A stretch of DNA of 64,000 nucleotides from Diadema antillarum. Taxonomy: Eukaryota. Position 1 is the first letter of the stretch; each line of letters starts with the position of its first letter. The notes below the pieces were generated by a model. The model was not told where the DNA came from, did no database searches, and saw only the letters and a program-made list of their open reading frames with translations. The stretch is taken from NCBI RefSeq assembly GCF_040938485.1, contig NW_027270987.1:1302001-1366000 (forward strand), read 5' to 3'. The position numbers were made by a program, and so were the translations under genes. Shown here piece by piece: positions 1 through 13,543 of the stretch.

Positions 1-45
1 AGATAACTTTGATTGCAGATATACGACTTGTATAACTGGGCATTT

Positions 46-3000
46 TCAGATTCCGCCAAAACCAATGACCTTCATATTCTGGAACTCGTTCAGTCCATAT
101 TTCGACCCTTCCACGCCGAGACCAGACTCCTTGACTCCCCCGAACGGTAGGGCGTTGTCGAAGATGAAGGTGTCGTTGACACCGACCATGCCGACTTCCA
201 TCCGCTCGGCTACCCGCCAGATCTGGCCGATGTCGTTGGAGTAGAAGTAGCCCGCCAGTCCCATCCGCGTGCTGTTGGCGATGGTGACCGCTTCTTCCTC
301 GGTTTTGAACCTGCGTGAGAGGGGTAACCATGGCAACAAAACATCATCTTGAAAGATACATGTACATTGTTGACAGCTACACAGTGCTCTATTCGTAACT
401 ATTTATTTGCCATGGTGCAATATCTGAGTACCAACTTTGATTCATACAAATATTTCTTAACGTTAAATGTTATTGCGTTATCCAAATAAGTATATACTAA
501 TATGATTACGAGCTGCTTTCTAAAATACGGACATTGACAATGAAAAAAGCAACTTCCCAATAGTTTCACAATTTTCGCTGCAATGGGAGGCATTCATTTG
601 TCTGTAACTATCGATTAGGTCATTTAAAGTGGTTTAGCTAAAATGGAGTTGAAGTGGGGGAGAAAACACATGAATTAATGGGTAGTCCTAATGATAATAA
701 ATGATAAGAAACCGGTTTACTGAAATAAGTTAGAAAGGGCTAATAATGTGTGGAGGACGAAAGATGAGAGGTGGGTTGAGATTTCTGCCAAGTGGGTTTA
801 GCTGGAAAGAAAATGAAGTTTAAGACCATGTGCTTTGTGGCCTCTACAATATTTGCCAACAGAGCAATACAAAGAAGTAGTACAAAAGGGAGTCTGTACT
901 TATCAGAAGAAACTTTATATTTCTTATGTCATTTTTTTCTTTTCACATATATTTCAAAATCCTTAAAAGATATATTTTCTGCTTTAGTCTTTCAGCCCAA
1001 TTGTCCTTCTTATTCACAGCGGAAGAAAGATAACCCAAAAGTATTTGAAACACGGCAGTTCCAAACGCCTCTTATACGATAGGTTTACTCTCGTCAACTT
1101 TACGAGACTGCTAACTGTCAATTGGTTTAAATTTGTGAATTTGGTTTAAATTGATTTAAATTCGTGACGGACGCAGAGCATCTCTGTGACGTCACTCACT
1201 TGATGATGGAAGCAAGAGGACCAAAAGTCTCCTCAGAGCAGACGAGCGCCTCCTTCGGAATGTCGCAGACGACTGTCGGCTCGAAGAAATTCCCGCCGAG
1301 TTCCGATCGCTTGCCTCCCACCAAAAGTCTCCCGCCACTCTTCACGGCATTTTGAACGTGGCGCTCAACCTTAAAAGAACAATCAAGGGGATAATCTTTT
1401 TATTTTTGGCGCACACAACGTCATTTACACTACACAAACCAGCGCTGCAGAAAGCTTGAGGCTGCAAGGTTGACTCTGGTGCATAAAAAGTCAAATAAAA
1501 ACATATACTTCCAGCAGTACAACTCTGAAGTCGGACTTTAATTGAAACAAGTAGCAGTACTGTCTCATCCAAGCAAAACAGTTCAAACGCTTACGAATGG
1601 CTTCATTCCCTAGCTAAGTCCATTGAGCAGTTCAGTCGGTTAATTTGCAGATACCGACAGTGCTCAGTCATTACAGTGCAAACAGTGAAAAAAAACCCCG
1701 GGCCAACTGGTATGCTGGAGAACACAGACTTACTACCAACAGGAAAGCAGTACATTTGTGTTGTCATGGAGACTATCTGGCCTCCATTCTGTGATCCATT
1801 AATACCTTTTCCAGTCCCTTTGCGTTGATCAGGGGGCCCAGTGTGGTCTTTGGATCCATGCCGTTGCCCACGACGAGACTTGAAGTAAGCTTGGCCAACT
1901 TTTGACAGAACTCATCGTAGATCCCTTCCTGGACCAGGATCCTGTTGGCGCTGATGCAGACCTGGGTGTAGCAACAAGCCAAGGTTGGTTTTAATGCCAT
2001 GTTGACGTAACTATCAGAAAGGAGACACCCCGATTTACCTACCCGTGTCTATTAACTCCTTATAAATTTTTGTCAAAGATAAGACAATTTCCATGATGAT
2101 ACACACAACAGCAAATAAAGAAGCGTTCTAATCAGTTGTTCATTCGTAATTGGTTGCAATTATTACTTTTATGTAGCTTTGTTACTTTGCCATACGTACA
2201 AAGGTCTTATCAATGTGATGAAGTCACCCTTTTGTAGAAGAGTACACAAGTCACTTTCCCCTTTTGAAGTTGAAAAACAAATGATATTCCGATATATTAT
2301 GATGCCCTGTCCTTGGAAAATATTCATGATGACATGGTCCTGAGACATTACAGAAAGTTTGCCATTGCCCGTCTAGTTCCTTATTCGACTATAATTAATC
2401 TAAATAATATGCATACTGTCCCTCCTTGAAACACAATCCAGCATGTCCAGAGTGTTACAACCCAGCCCTGAAGTTGACACCTTTTAGCCAAGTCTCAATC
2501 CGAGTTTGCCGATGAATATATCCCTTACTTCAGATCTGTGACTGTCTGTTTTCGTCCTAGTTTACAATGTTAATTTCTCAAACACCCATTCATGTTACCG
2601 TAGATAATCATTTGAATCCAATGGTTCCTGACGTCGTTTTCAGTTGATGTAAATGGAAGAACGTTCAGTAAAGGGTACTGATAGAATCCAGTGCGAAATA
2701 TCGGAATGACCACGCAAACCAGCGATGTTTGAAGGGAAATTTAACGAAAATCTCCTCTCACACTACTTCTCCTTATTTTGCTCTGAATATATGTATAGTC
2801 CATCTACACTCACCTGGCCTGATCCGTAAAATTTGAGTATGAAACAACCCATAGAGGCCGCATCGACATTGGCCGAGTCAAAGACGATGAAGGGCGAGTT
2901 TCCCCCGAGCTCCATAGATACCTTCTTCACTGTGCTAGCCGACTGAGCCAGGAGAATCTACAGCAAACAAATATAGGCCTATATATTATAGTCACGTCAT

Positions 3001-6000
3001 AACCGGCAAGGTCATATTTAGGTACGAGCAATGCCATATGTTTTAAATGCTGTCATTTTGTTCTTATTCTCCAACAATTGTGTTTCCTTCACATTTTGAA
3101 GCCATACAGAAACACACAAAGAAAATGCATTCTCTGACCGAGTAGGCTCCCTAGATTTCAGATTTACCAGTAGACCTACGCTAGTTGTATATAGAACATG
3201 GCTGACGCCACGTTTTCTAAAGAGGGTGGGGGGGGGGGGGGAGGACCAGTTTATATTTTCTGGTGCTACTTCCGGGTTTCATCAGCTAACAAACAATGTT
3301 TTATCGGCTCTGCTGATATAACTTACATTAACCACATTCTATGTTTTTACTTGTGCCACTTCCGAGGTTATAAAAGAAAAGTGGTTATACCCTATATGTT
3401 TTCCAATGCATTCTGCAAAAAAAAAAAAAAAAAAAAAAAACCGTTCCGCTGGTTGAAGTAACTGCCAACGTGTAAAAACTTATCGAGAAATCAACTCTAA
3501 GACCTCTTTCAGCATCCTGTTTGAATAGCTGCTGTATGATACTACATGAGACGTGATTGATATTTTCACACATTGATAAAGAATAAGTTAAAGAGCCTAG
3601 ATGTACATAGTGCAATTGGAGGATGTGAGCTAAAAACTGGTGCGCATCATACCCACCTTGCCCGTGGCTGTCGATCCAGTGAAAGAGATCTTGGACACGA
3701 GCTCGCTCTCGCACAGCACCTTGCCGACAGCCGGAGCGTTGGCGCGAGAACATGGCACGACGTTGAAGACACCGTCTGGGATGCCAGCCTCCTTCATCAT
3801 CTGAGATTGAATAAACAATAGGGTGATGGGGGGGGGGGGGGGATAAAATCGTTAACAAAGGTCCCTGAGGCGTCGAACTATACTGATTATATCCCCAATA
3901 CTGCCTTATTGAGAGCTATTGAAATGCATCAAGTTCATTAATCGCAAAAGCAATTGCTAGATTTTATTGTTATTAACATTATCATGATTAACATCATGTT
4001 TATCACTATTTATTCCATTATCACAATTTAAGTTTTTCTTCGTCATAGATCCTTTTTTTTTTTGGGAGTGGGGGAGGCTAACTAAGGTCCCTGCGGCGTA
4101 GAACTAATGATTATGTTTCCAATATTTCATTAAGAATTATTGAAACTATTGAAAAGTTTATCTATCGCAAAGACAATTGTTAGATTTCATTGTTGTTGTG
4201 AGCATTGTCATGATTAACATAATGTCTGTTTATCACTACATTGTATTCTATTATCGTAGTTTGAGTTTTTCTTCATCAGTGACCCTTTTTTGACATGATA
4301 ATGATACTACGATGCTTATAGCGCATATCACTACTGTAGAATCTCTTTACGCTTTACAGGATAAGGTTGAAAATGGAAAATTATAATAAGAGTAGTAAAT
4401 GATCATAAATGATCATTATCATGGGGAGAAGAATTCCACCAATCACTGGTCGAGATATACTTATCAACATCTTTACCATCATTTTCATTATCATTATGAA
4501 CATCAATGCTACTACTATCACCATGATCACTATCATATCGCTATGCGTGAGTGTAGTCGTAGGCCTCGTGATCACGCTTTAGAAATAGTTTTGTTAACAT
4601 ACAATATTGCCAAGAAAACTATCTCGCATCTGTTGCACCAGGCGGATCATAAATACCTTTAAAGCCTTAATTAGGCCTACTATTGAATTCTCTCTTCTTT
4701 GCTTTTCCTTAGCCGTAGAGATTTTCAATACAGCAAATATTTCCGATCTTCTCGTATGAACCTATTATGGTGTTTTCCAAAAATCAAAGAGGACAATTTT
4801 GTTTCTTGGGGGGCATTTCATCAACGAGTTCGTCGGAAATTTTCACCGACAAATTTGCTATCAACCAATCAGACGCAAGAATTTCAGTAGCTTTTAACAG
4901 TTGTCAGTGTAAATCACTGACAAGAAGTTTCATGAAACGGTCCCCTGGTCGTGTCATAAAACCGGACTTACGTCACAAAGGGCAAGAGCTGAAAGGGGCG
5001 TGTCCTCTGAGGGTTTGATGACGACAGTACATCCCGCGGCCAGCGCCGCTCCAGCCTTCCTCGTGATCATCTCCATTGGGAAGTTCCACTGGAATTCACC
5101 ATGACAGTCAGAGTAATCATCTAGTAAATGTTATCAATCTCTGTCGCCAGAGGGCTTACTTTAAAAACACTTCACAGCCAAGAATACACCCATTATAGTT
5201 AATGTTAAAGGACAAGTTCACTTTCTCAAACATGTGGGTTGAGCGAATGCAGCAATATTAGTAGAACACATCATTGAAAGTTTTGGGGAAATCCCACGAT
5301 CTGTTATGAAGTTATGAATTTTTAAAGTGTCTGCGCAATCACTGCTGGATGAGAAGACTACTACAGTGTATGATGTCAGATGCGTACAACGATATAAGGA
5401 AAATAAAACGAGAATTTCACAAAACTTTACTTTTTGAATAAAGTGGAAATTTCTTCAACTTGTTACTGACATATGTTAAGGGTAATATTATTCCCTCTGC
5501 CTCCTAAAAGAGAGAAGTGAAGTGACCATCTGTTATGCGAGAAAATTGAAAGCATGTTGAATTTTCTTTATACTTTCTTTATATCGTTGTACACATGTGA
5601 CATCACAAGCTATAGTAGTCTTCTCATTCAGCCGTGACAGAGCAGAAACTTTAAGAATTCATAACTTTTGAACAGATTGTCCGATTTTCCTCAAACTCTC
5701 ACTGATGTGTTCTACTAATATTGCTGCATTCACTCAATCCACATGTCTATGAAGGAGAACTTGTCCTTTAATGTTACAGTGTATGACTGTTTCTTCCCTG
5801 AGCCTGTGTTGAATGTGCAACGAAATACATGTACTACATTCCAACAGGTAAATCACATATCACGCTGAAGTGTTGATAAAGATTGTGATTTTCACCAGAG
5901 CCTATGTGTGAAACGTCCAGTCTTGGCAGCTTAGCACTAAAGTAGAACTAAAGGATTTCGGAGTAATTTTAGATGATGAGGGCTATGTAACAAACAAACA

Positions 6001-8904
6001 TCACCTCTCAGTATACTATATGAACAGCACATCACGATCCATTGTTACAGTACTCATACACGGAATTTATGGTTAGTCTGTTTATTTTTCATCGATTTCG
6101 CGAAACCTCCGTTCTAGAATCTGTGAGCAGTGTCATAATCCGATTTTAAAATGAAAACAAATATATTATGACGAGTATCAGACTTTTGACAGTATAGCTT
6201 CTGGCATTAAATGACTCTAATGATTTGTCAAGCGCCATTTTGGTAATATCTCTATTTTGGCATCTGGCAACATTAATCCAGAGGGTACTCACAGGGGTGA
6301 TAAGACCAGCCACGCCCACTGGCTGTCGAATCACCAGGGCCCGTTTATTCTTCTGCAGGTTGGTATGGACGTCCCCGACAGTGCGCGTTGCTTCCTCCGC
6401 GAAGTACTTGACGAAACCGGAAGCACCCCTAGCTTCATTGGTCGATTCCATCATCTTCTTGCCCTAACAAGAGAACAGAAATGTGTGGCGGTAAACATCT
6501 TGTGTTTTCAAAGCGCTAATATGGGTGGAATTACAATTATTGTTCTTTTTGAAATAAGTTACAATCGCTAGCAATTGAGACACTTCTGAGCTCTTCCACG
6601 AGTTTCTCAAAATGACCCCCAAAGTTTAGACATGCTCTCTTTGAGGACCCTTTCTTCTCATTCTTTTCCTGAAAGTCCACCTTCTTAGCAGCCTCAAGTT
6701 AAAACTCCACAGAATAATATTATGTTTGGGAGTTCTACTTTTTCAAGATCCAAAGTGAGTTTTCGTATGGTACATTCGTACAAGTGTCTCTCTGTATGGT
6801 CGTTTACTAAGCTAGTATGGCATCCAATGCACTTAGCCACCACAGTTCATTCCCATGCACACCATCTTAAGAATTGCATGTTTCATGTCTAAGTTATTGC
6901 AGAGTATTCGCTCATGCCATCCTTCTTTGCTAAGATAATGATTTAAATCAAAAGAGTGTTACCTAATTTTACTTTCTCTCTCAATCATGTTAAAACTACG
7001 GCCAATCCGGAGTCTACAGCAACATTTATATTTACACTATCAGCACTTTTAATCCGTATACATGCACTGCTCAGTAATTTAGATTAAGTATAGGAATGAC
7101 GCTTATGTTTACAGAGCAACCAATTTGTGAAATATCATTCTGTTGCTCTTCCAAGGTATTACTATGGCGTTCTGGGCTGGTAAGCAGGATATGGAGCAAT
7201 TACTAGAAAAGAAAATATATATATAAATCTCGGTTTAACATCTGATCAACAATTTCTCATTTGTTTCAGAGTGTGCGGGGTAGAGAATTCACTTCTAAAT
7301 GGTGTGTAACGTTTTTAATCAATTTTTCCTCTGATCGTGATCAAGATTGATCGACTTGCTTCATTATACAGTCATAAAACTCAGCGTATAAATTATCATT
7401 GTATTTCCGTTAACAGTATATATTTTTCTTTATTACGATGTTTATCTATCTTGCATCACGCTGTATAATATAATATGTTAAAGTTTTGCTGTAATTGTGT
7501 TTTGTTGGAAATGAATTCAAATGAAATAAAATGAGTGAAAAAAGGTGAAAACTGTGTAATGCAAAGATTTAATGTGACGGTCCCTGACAAATGTTTATCA
7601 AAATGGATAATAAAGATATGAGAGTGTATATGATATCATACGTGATTAAATTCCCACCAAATAAAGATAGATTTGCAAATGGTACAACCGAAAATAAAAT
7701 TTATCCCTCCACGGATTTGATAACATAGGATAATTGAAAGTGATAATGCAAAAAAAAAGAAAAAAGAATGACGTCCAGATGTTATCCAGTATGCAACGTT
7801 AGTAATTTACGAAGAATATTAACTTAATACAGAGTTTCAATGTCCATACCGCGCCCATTTTTTCTTTAAATGATCCTGTATTACCAGATTTTAGACCCCA
7901 AACCTATGAAATGCTGACATCGAAGAACTTCGGCCTTTATAATGCTATAGAATGCAGGTAAGAATATATCACTGTATATAGTTCCAACAATTCAGTGGAA
8001 TCACTGCGTGAAGAACCACCCTCCCCCTTCAAAAAAAAAAAGTTTACCTACTTGCACTTCAACTTTGGACTTTACCAGGGAGGTGGAAAGCTCCTATCTT
8101 CGCAAGACCCATAAAGTATACACACAAGGCATACATGTTAACAATATACACTAAAAATTGTATAGGAACCACATGAGAGCATCGCGTCTGACCTCAACTG
8201 CCCGTTCCACGTTCACCAAACAAGAGGCGGTGAAAACCTCACCAATTTATTAACAATGTCACGTGACTGCAATCGTTCCGCCTTCAAAATTGTTAACTCA
8301 TCCCAGAATCCTGTCCTCTGTGAACTTACATTTTCAACAGTAATAATCTTTGCGAGGTTTTCGACATTTTCATCCATCAGTTGGCCGAGACGCTTTAAAA
8401 TGGCCGCCCTCTCCTGCATCGTACAAACAAAACACAAAGGAAGACAAAACAAAATATGACAAGCAAACAATGAACATATTGAACACATCCTGTAATGGTA
8501 CAGGTGGTGGTCAATTCACTCCATGATACAGTGTGCGATACGACCAGCAATTAGATGGTGATATAGAGGTTGGTATAATATATTGCTTGAGTACTTGACC
8601 ATTGCATATCTTTATAAAGATCTTGAATTGCTCAATAATGATAAACGACATCAACTTAAAGACCCTTCGTATTTTGAAAAAGCCGTCAGTATGTGACATC
8701 TGTTAAATATTCTATGCAAGTCTTTGAATGATACACCTGTGCATAACATATTGAAGACCTAGCATACACGATTTTAAACAATACAGATAGACCTGATCAT
8801 GCATTTCAGCGTTAGCCGTGGAAACATGGGGACATAATGACATGAATCATGCTTATAGTGCCATGTCTAATAAACAGCAGTAGACGGGACTTTATCACAC
8901 ATTG

Positions 8905-8939
<35 letters not shown>

Positions 8940-10574
8940 GCATACACAGTAGATGCACACACAAAATCTATATGAATGCCATTGTACATGAAACGCTCAA
9001 TACGATAATGTGATAAAGGAGCTCATGGGCTCCAATGCCAGGATGCACCCTCGACCTTTCCGTACACACTTCCAGGAGAATGTCAACATTATACACTTGT
9101 ACTTACTATGCAAAATAAACACCACGACCTGGCTGCTTTCCCAACGAAGAGTCAACATTTCATCGTGACTTGACGAAATTAGTACTACTAGTATTACCTA
9201 GCAAAATCGTGGAACAATATTTGTTGTGTTTGACCGTTCATTGGTCAATATCTCGTACGATTCGATGAAGGTCAAGACCAATGGAGGACATGCAGATTAA
9301 TAATTGTTTGGGGAGTCTTTTGTTTTGCATAGAATTTGTCGTATGAAGCCAGGCGTGTTCCTTCTAGTAACCTACGCATGAATAGGCCTACGTGTACCTC
9401 CCGAACAGATTTATTTCGATAAAAACTCGCCGCTGCAACTCTGTTAATAATACACATAACATAATTAGGATCAAGTTCCACCTTTTGCAATCGTTATCTT
9501 GCCATATTCCTTTATAGCATCTGTGTGTGTGCGTGTGTGTGTGTGATGTGTGTGTGTGCATTCTTTTCAGACCCAAGTGCTAAAACGAACACACAAACAT
9601 TGGCTACACTATGAAACTAAAATGGCGCTTTAACGTATAATAAATGGACATGGCGTCTAACTTCGAATCAGGTCAAAGGAAGGTGTGGAAACGTCGGATC
9701 TCGCGGATTAACACAGGTCGAAATGTTTTCAATTTGGTATCACTGTAATGTTTTCTAGATGTCTCACTTTTTGACCTTGTTTTGCGAGAGATAACATTTT
9801 GCCATCTGATGATATACAGAATCTGACAGACACATACAAACATTATCGTATGTGGAGTCGTCGACCCGTAAATGAGAAGTGGACAAACGAGTTTTAGGAA
9901 CAGTATTCAGGACTGCACTCGAAAGTATAGTTTCATAACTACGGAGCAAGACTGGAGTGATGAAAAGGGTGTGGTGTGTACACTGACAAAGAAGTGCGTT
10001 GTCAGAGTGAACAAAACATTAGAAATAAGTAGTTAATGTTATCAACGGACTAACCCTGAAATTTAATCGGTATATGAGTGACCAAGAGTACAGTAACGAG
10101 CGATGTCAGGAATGACACCTGAAGTAGTTTCTATATAACGTATCCGTAAGACTGGAGCAATAATCAAAGGTGTAGCATCTGTTCTGAATAAAAAATGTTT
10201 GACATTTAGACTGATTCCTGAACTTTTTTTAAGGGGGAAATTTGGGAGCGGTGATTTCGGTGCACAAGTCATAGTTTGGAATCATAGAAACTGACCCCAA
10301 GGAGTGAGTTTCGAGGGAGCAAGATTCGAGTAGGCCTATAATGTGCGAGAGTTGCATATAAACCAACCTTCGAAGTGGTTTCCCTCCAAGTTTGGAAGGC
10401 TGTGTACGCCCTTTGGATGGCCGCCTCGGTGTCCGCGGCATCGGTGTCGGCCACGTTGGCGACCACCTCTCCCGAGGCGGGGTTGAGCACCTCGAAGGTC
10501 TTTCCCGACTTCGCCGAAACCCACTCTCCGCCAATGAACGCCTTCTCGCGAATAAGAGGATTCTTGTCCGCCAT
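46..10574 (-). CDS. ALDH5A1-like: SSADH-like aldehyde dehydrogenase, paralog B (9 coding exons, 485 aa, no mitochondrial presequence)
   Basis: Exons assembled by hand, all GT-AG: 10574-10368, 8413-8330, 6463-6293, 5088-4972, 3800-3657, 2957-2814, 1961-1806, 1369-1200, 310-46 (TGA 46-48). The frame stays open across all junctions. ALDH motifs: WNFP, KPSEDTP, FTGST, SMELGG (catalytic Glu), GQVC (catalytic Cys), [15 protein letters not shown]. Confidence 0.95.
3854..4290. repeat. Diverged tandem duplication of a ~225-bp unit in intron 4 of paralog B
   Basis: Units at ~3854 (aaggtccctgaggcgtcgaacta...gtttttcttcgtcat) and ~4080 (aaggtccctgcggcgtagaacta...gtttttcttcatcag) align end to end with many substitutions. 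Confidence 0.8.
5209..5767. mobile_element. Non-autonomous Kolobok-type MITE
   Basis: Perfect 11-bp TIR AGGACAAGTTC/GAACTTGTCCT flanked by TTAA at 5205-5208 and 5768-5771; no ORF. Confidence 0.85.
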
Positions 10575-11620
10575 CTTGTACGATTAGACCGGCACTGGCG
10601 TCTGGATTCCTAGAATGAATTTGAAACACAAACGAATACTATATTGCCTGCCATTGACTAAAGAAAGTGAACGGAGACAGGCGACGTTACAGATAGATCG
10701 ATTGATAGATAGGTTGGAACAACAACAGATAGATAGACAGCCATATTATGTATAAAATAGACAGACCGCAGTACTTAGGAAATACCTAGTCATAAATACG
10801 GCGGCTATATCCAAGTAAGGCTCTGATGAAAAAAAAATACAATGTACTTAAGGTAAACGTGGGAGTAAAGACATGTAGGCCTATACCTATGTCTTATGCA
10901 CGGTCCTTATACAGGACGAACAAGCAAACATTTGTCGTTGTTGCTTTATCGTTTTATCACGTCTTTCGTACTCCGGACACCTGAGCAGAAACAAGGGGTC
11001 ATGCCAATATGACCTCCTTAAGCCTATGCGGACTACATCAATTTCCTGTGCACAGGTATGTGTGTGAACTTTGATTCATTGGCATAGAAGGGGTCAAAGA
11101 GAAACTTCATCGATTTCATGTTGGCTCATACAAACCGAAGAAACAGTGAAATTTCTATTATATCGAACAAAATCAGAAAGGGATGGCGTTACAGAAGGGT
11201 GTTTTTTTTTTTGAAATATAGTGAGATATATGTAAAAAATCCTCGGGACGTGATGAAAATTAATCATTGCTTCGATCTCTCCGATTAATTATCCTGTTTT
11301 CTATCGACTGAAAATAAAAGGTTATTATACTGTGTTAGAATTATTTCACAGTTATGCCAATTAAGCAATCGATCATAATACTTTGACACAAGCTCTCGTA
11401 TAGTTGCAATTAAAGAGTGATGCTTTTTTGTACAAATTTATAGGAAAGTCGAAAGGAGGACGGAACATGATGAACAATAATTATCCATGATGTGTACATG
11501 TATATTCATCAAATTTGATGGACGCTCATAAATATTCATTTGCACACCAATGGGTGCTTCATCTGTTTGATGAGAGGTAGACTGGAATAACAAGGTAAAA
11601 CATTAAAATCGACAGCAAGG

Positions 11621-11900
11621 ACCACCACTATACCAACAACAACATCAATATCAACACCACCATCAACACCACTGTCACATCATCAACACCACCATCAACA
11701 CCACTACACCAACAACAACATCAACATGAACACCATCATCATTACCCTTCTCACCACAATTTCTACCATCAACCAAGCCACAACAACTATTGTCACTACC
11801 ATAAAATATACCACCATCACCACCACCACCATCGGTCAAACTAACACCATTGATACCACAACCAGTATCTCAACCATCAGCACTGCGAATATAACAACCA
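11621..11900. repeat. Degenerate (ACC/AAC)n low-complexity tract
   Basis: Runs of accaccacc/aacaacatc; the source of the spurious Thr-rich ORF 11726-11974. Confidence 0.85.
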
Positions 11901-12389
11901 CCAACGACAGATCTGGCCCAATGACGCTTTTCAAACTGACAATTTATCACAAGTTGAGCTTGCCGCTCGGGTAATATTATACAAATATTGCACATTAAAC
12001 AGAGCGTTGATAAGAATTATCTACCCAAAAGTAACCTTGGAACACTGAGTTGGAAACACTTGAGGCGAAGCAGAGTGCTTTGGACCGTTCCAAAGTAAGT
12101 GGGTGAATTATTCCATCATAATGCCCAATCGAGTAAATATGCATTATTTCAAAATATGATTTACTTTCTGCGGCAGCCATTTTTCGCAAAATTCCCTGGC
12201 CAGCAAGCTAACTGGATTGTACACAATAATTGCGATGTAATCTATATTGTAATAGACAGCCTGCACGAGCGCAGACGAGCGTATATTCGTTGGTACTATA
12301 TATATATGAACCGACCATGCTGACGCATGGTAAAAAGTAAAGTTAGTCGTTTTGGCAAAAGTAAAACGAAAATACAATAAAAGTAGTAA

Positions 12390-12485
12390 AGAAGAAGAAG
12401 AAGAAAAAAAATATGAAGGAGGACAAGAAGAAGAAGAAGAAGAAGAAGAAGAAGAAGAAGGAGAAGAAGAGGAAGAAGAAGAAGA
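12390..12485. repeat. (GAA)n microsatellite
   Basis: Direct reading; the source of the spurious poly-Ser and poly-Leu ORFs. Confidence 0.95.
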
Positions 12486-13189
12486 CTGGTCACACGATAG
12501 GTCTATAGCTCTCACTCAACCTTCTGATTAGGACCAATATCACCTTTTATAGGATCATTATACGGTTTCCTGGGATGGATGGATGGATGACAAAATAGAG
12601 AACTAACACAATTTGATAAAACAGCAAGACTTTTTGACACAGTCAAAATTATGATACATAACATATCTCGCGTGGGTTGCAGATGGGCCTCTCCAATGAA
12701 TGATGACTTCTGGATTATCATCAGGGAGATGGTTCCACCTCCCTGATGAACTGTAAGTCTTTCTCTATCAACCACAAATCACACTTAGCGGGAACAACCC
12801 TCACACGCACTCACGGGCAACATATCACACACATCTGAAATACTATACTCCTCCGCCTGTCCTACAGAACTACATACGAGTGTGTCATCAAAACAAACGG
12901 TCTCATTTTGAAACATTGACCCGTAGCCAATCCCTATAAGATTCCGTGTTTGATCTCCCACAAGGTCGCAGTTATCAGTCGTTTTCCTGATTGACTGATC
13001 TACGCTGATTTACCCCTGCCGTTCATTGTTGTATTAGTGCAACAAAATATTACGTGTGCCATGTGGTTGGCAAGAGATATATCATTGAAACGCACAGTGT
13101 TACAATTAGGGTTTTCCATTTCGTCGCATGTGCGCATTCATAACTTTGAACTTGGACTCAGACAATTTAAACTGACACAGTATACTTAC

Positions 13190-13330
13190 CAGGCACTGAG
13201 CTCTGCTGGTTCACAGCTACCGTACGAGGTACGCAAGCGGGGAGTGATGGGTCACATTCAACATACCCTCGACCCAACCACCTACGGCTGAGTTCGTTCT
13301 GATGACTCCGCCCCTCTCTGATCGGAGACA
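13190..13330 (-). promoter_or_regulatory. Probable promoter and non-coding first exon of paralog B
   Basis: CpG-rich patch with a GC box (GGGGCGGAG on minus, 13306-13314) and a GTAAG donor at 13189-13185; matching acceptor ttcattctag at 10611-10610, 35 nt before the ATG. Confidence 0.5.
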
Positions 13331-13543
13331 ACTCGGATCCAATACCTGTCGCGCATCGACGATAACGGCGATTTTATTGACATCGCGCTAAAATATCGTA
13401 CAAAGTTCATAACCATTGTAACTGTCTGCAGACGGCGATGGCTACATTGTCAAAGAATGAAAAACAGAGAAACGAAAGATCAGTGAGAAGAGAACCAAAA
13501 TTGTCTCCCTTGTCAGCAAAAGCGACAACACAAATACCTTTAA

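Noticed and set aside
9600-10200. Coding-like plus-strand stretches in the first coding intron of paralog B
   Set aside because: Multiple stops and no family I can recognise.
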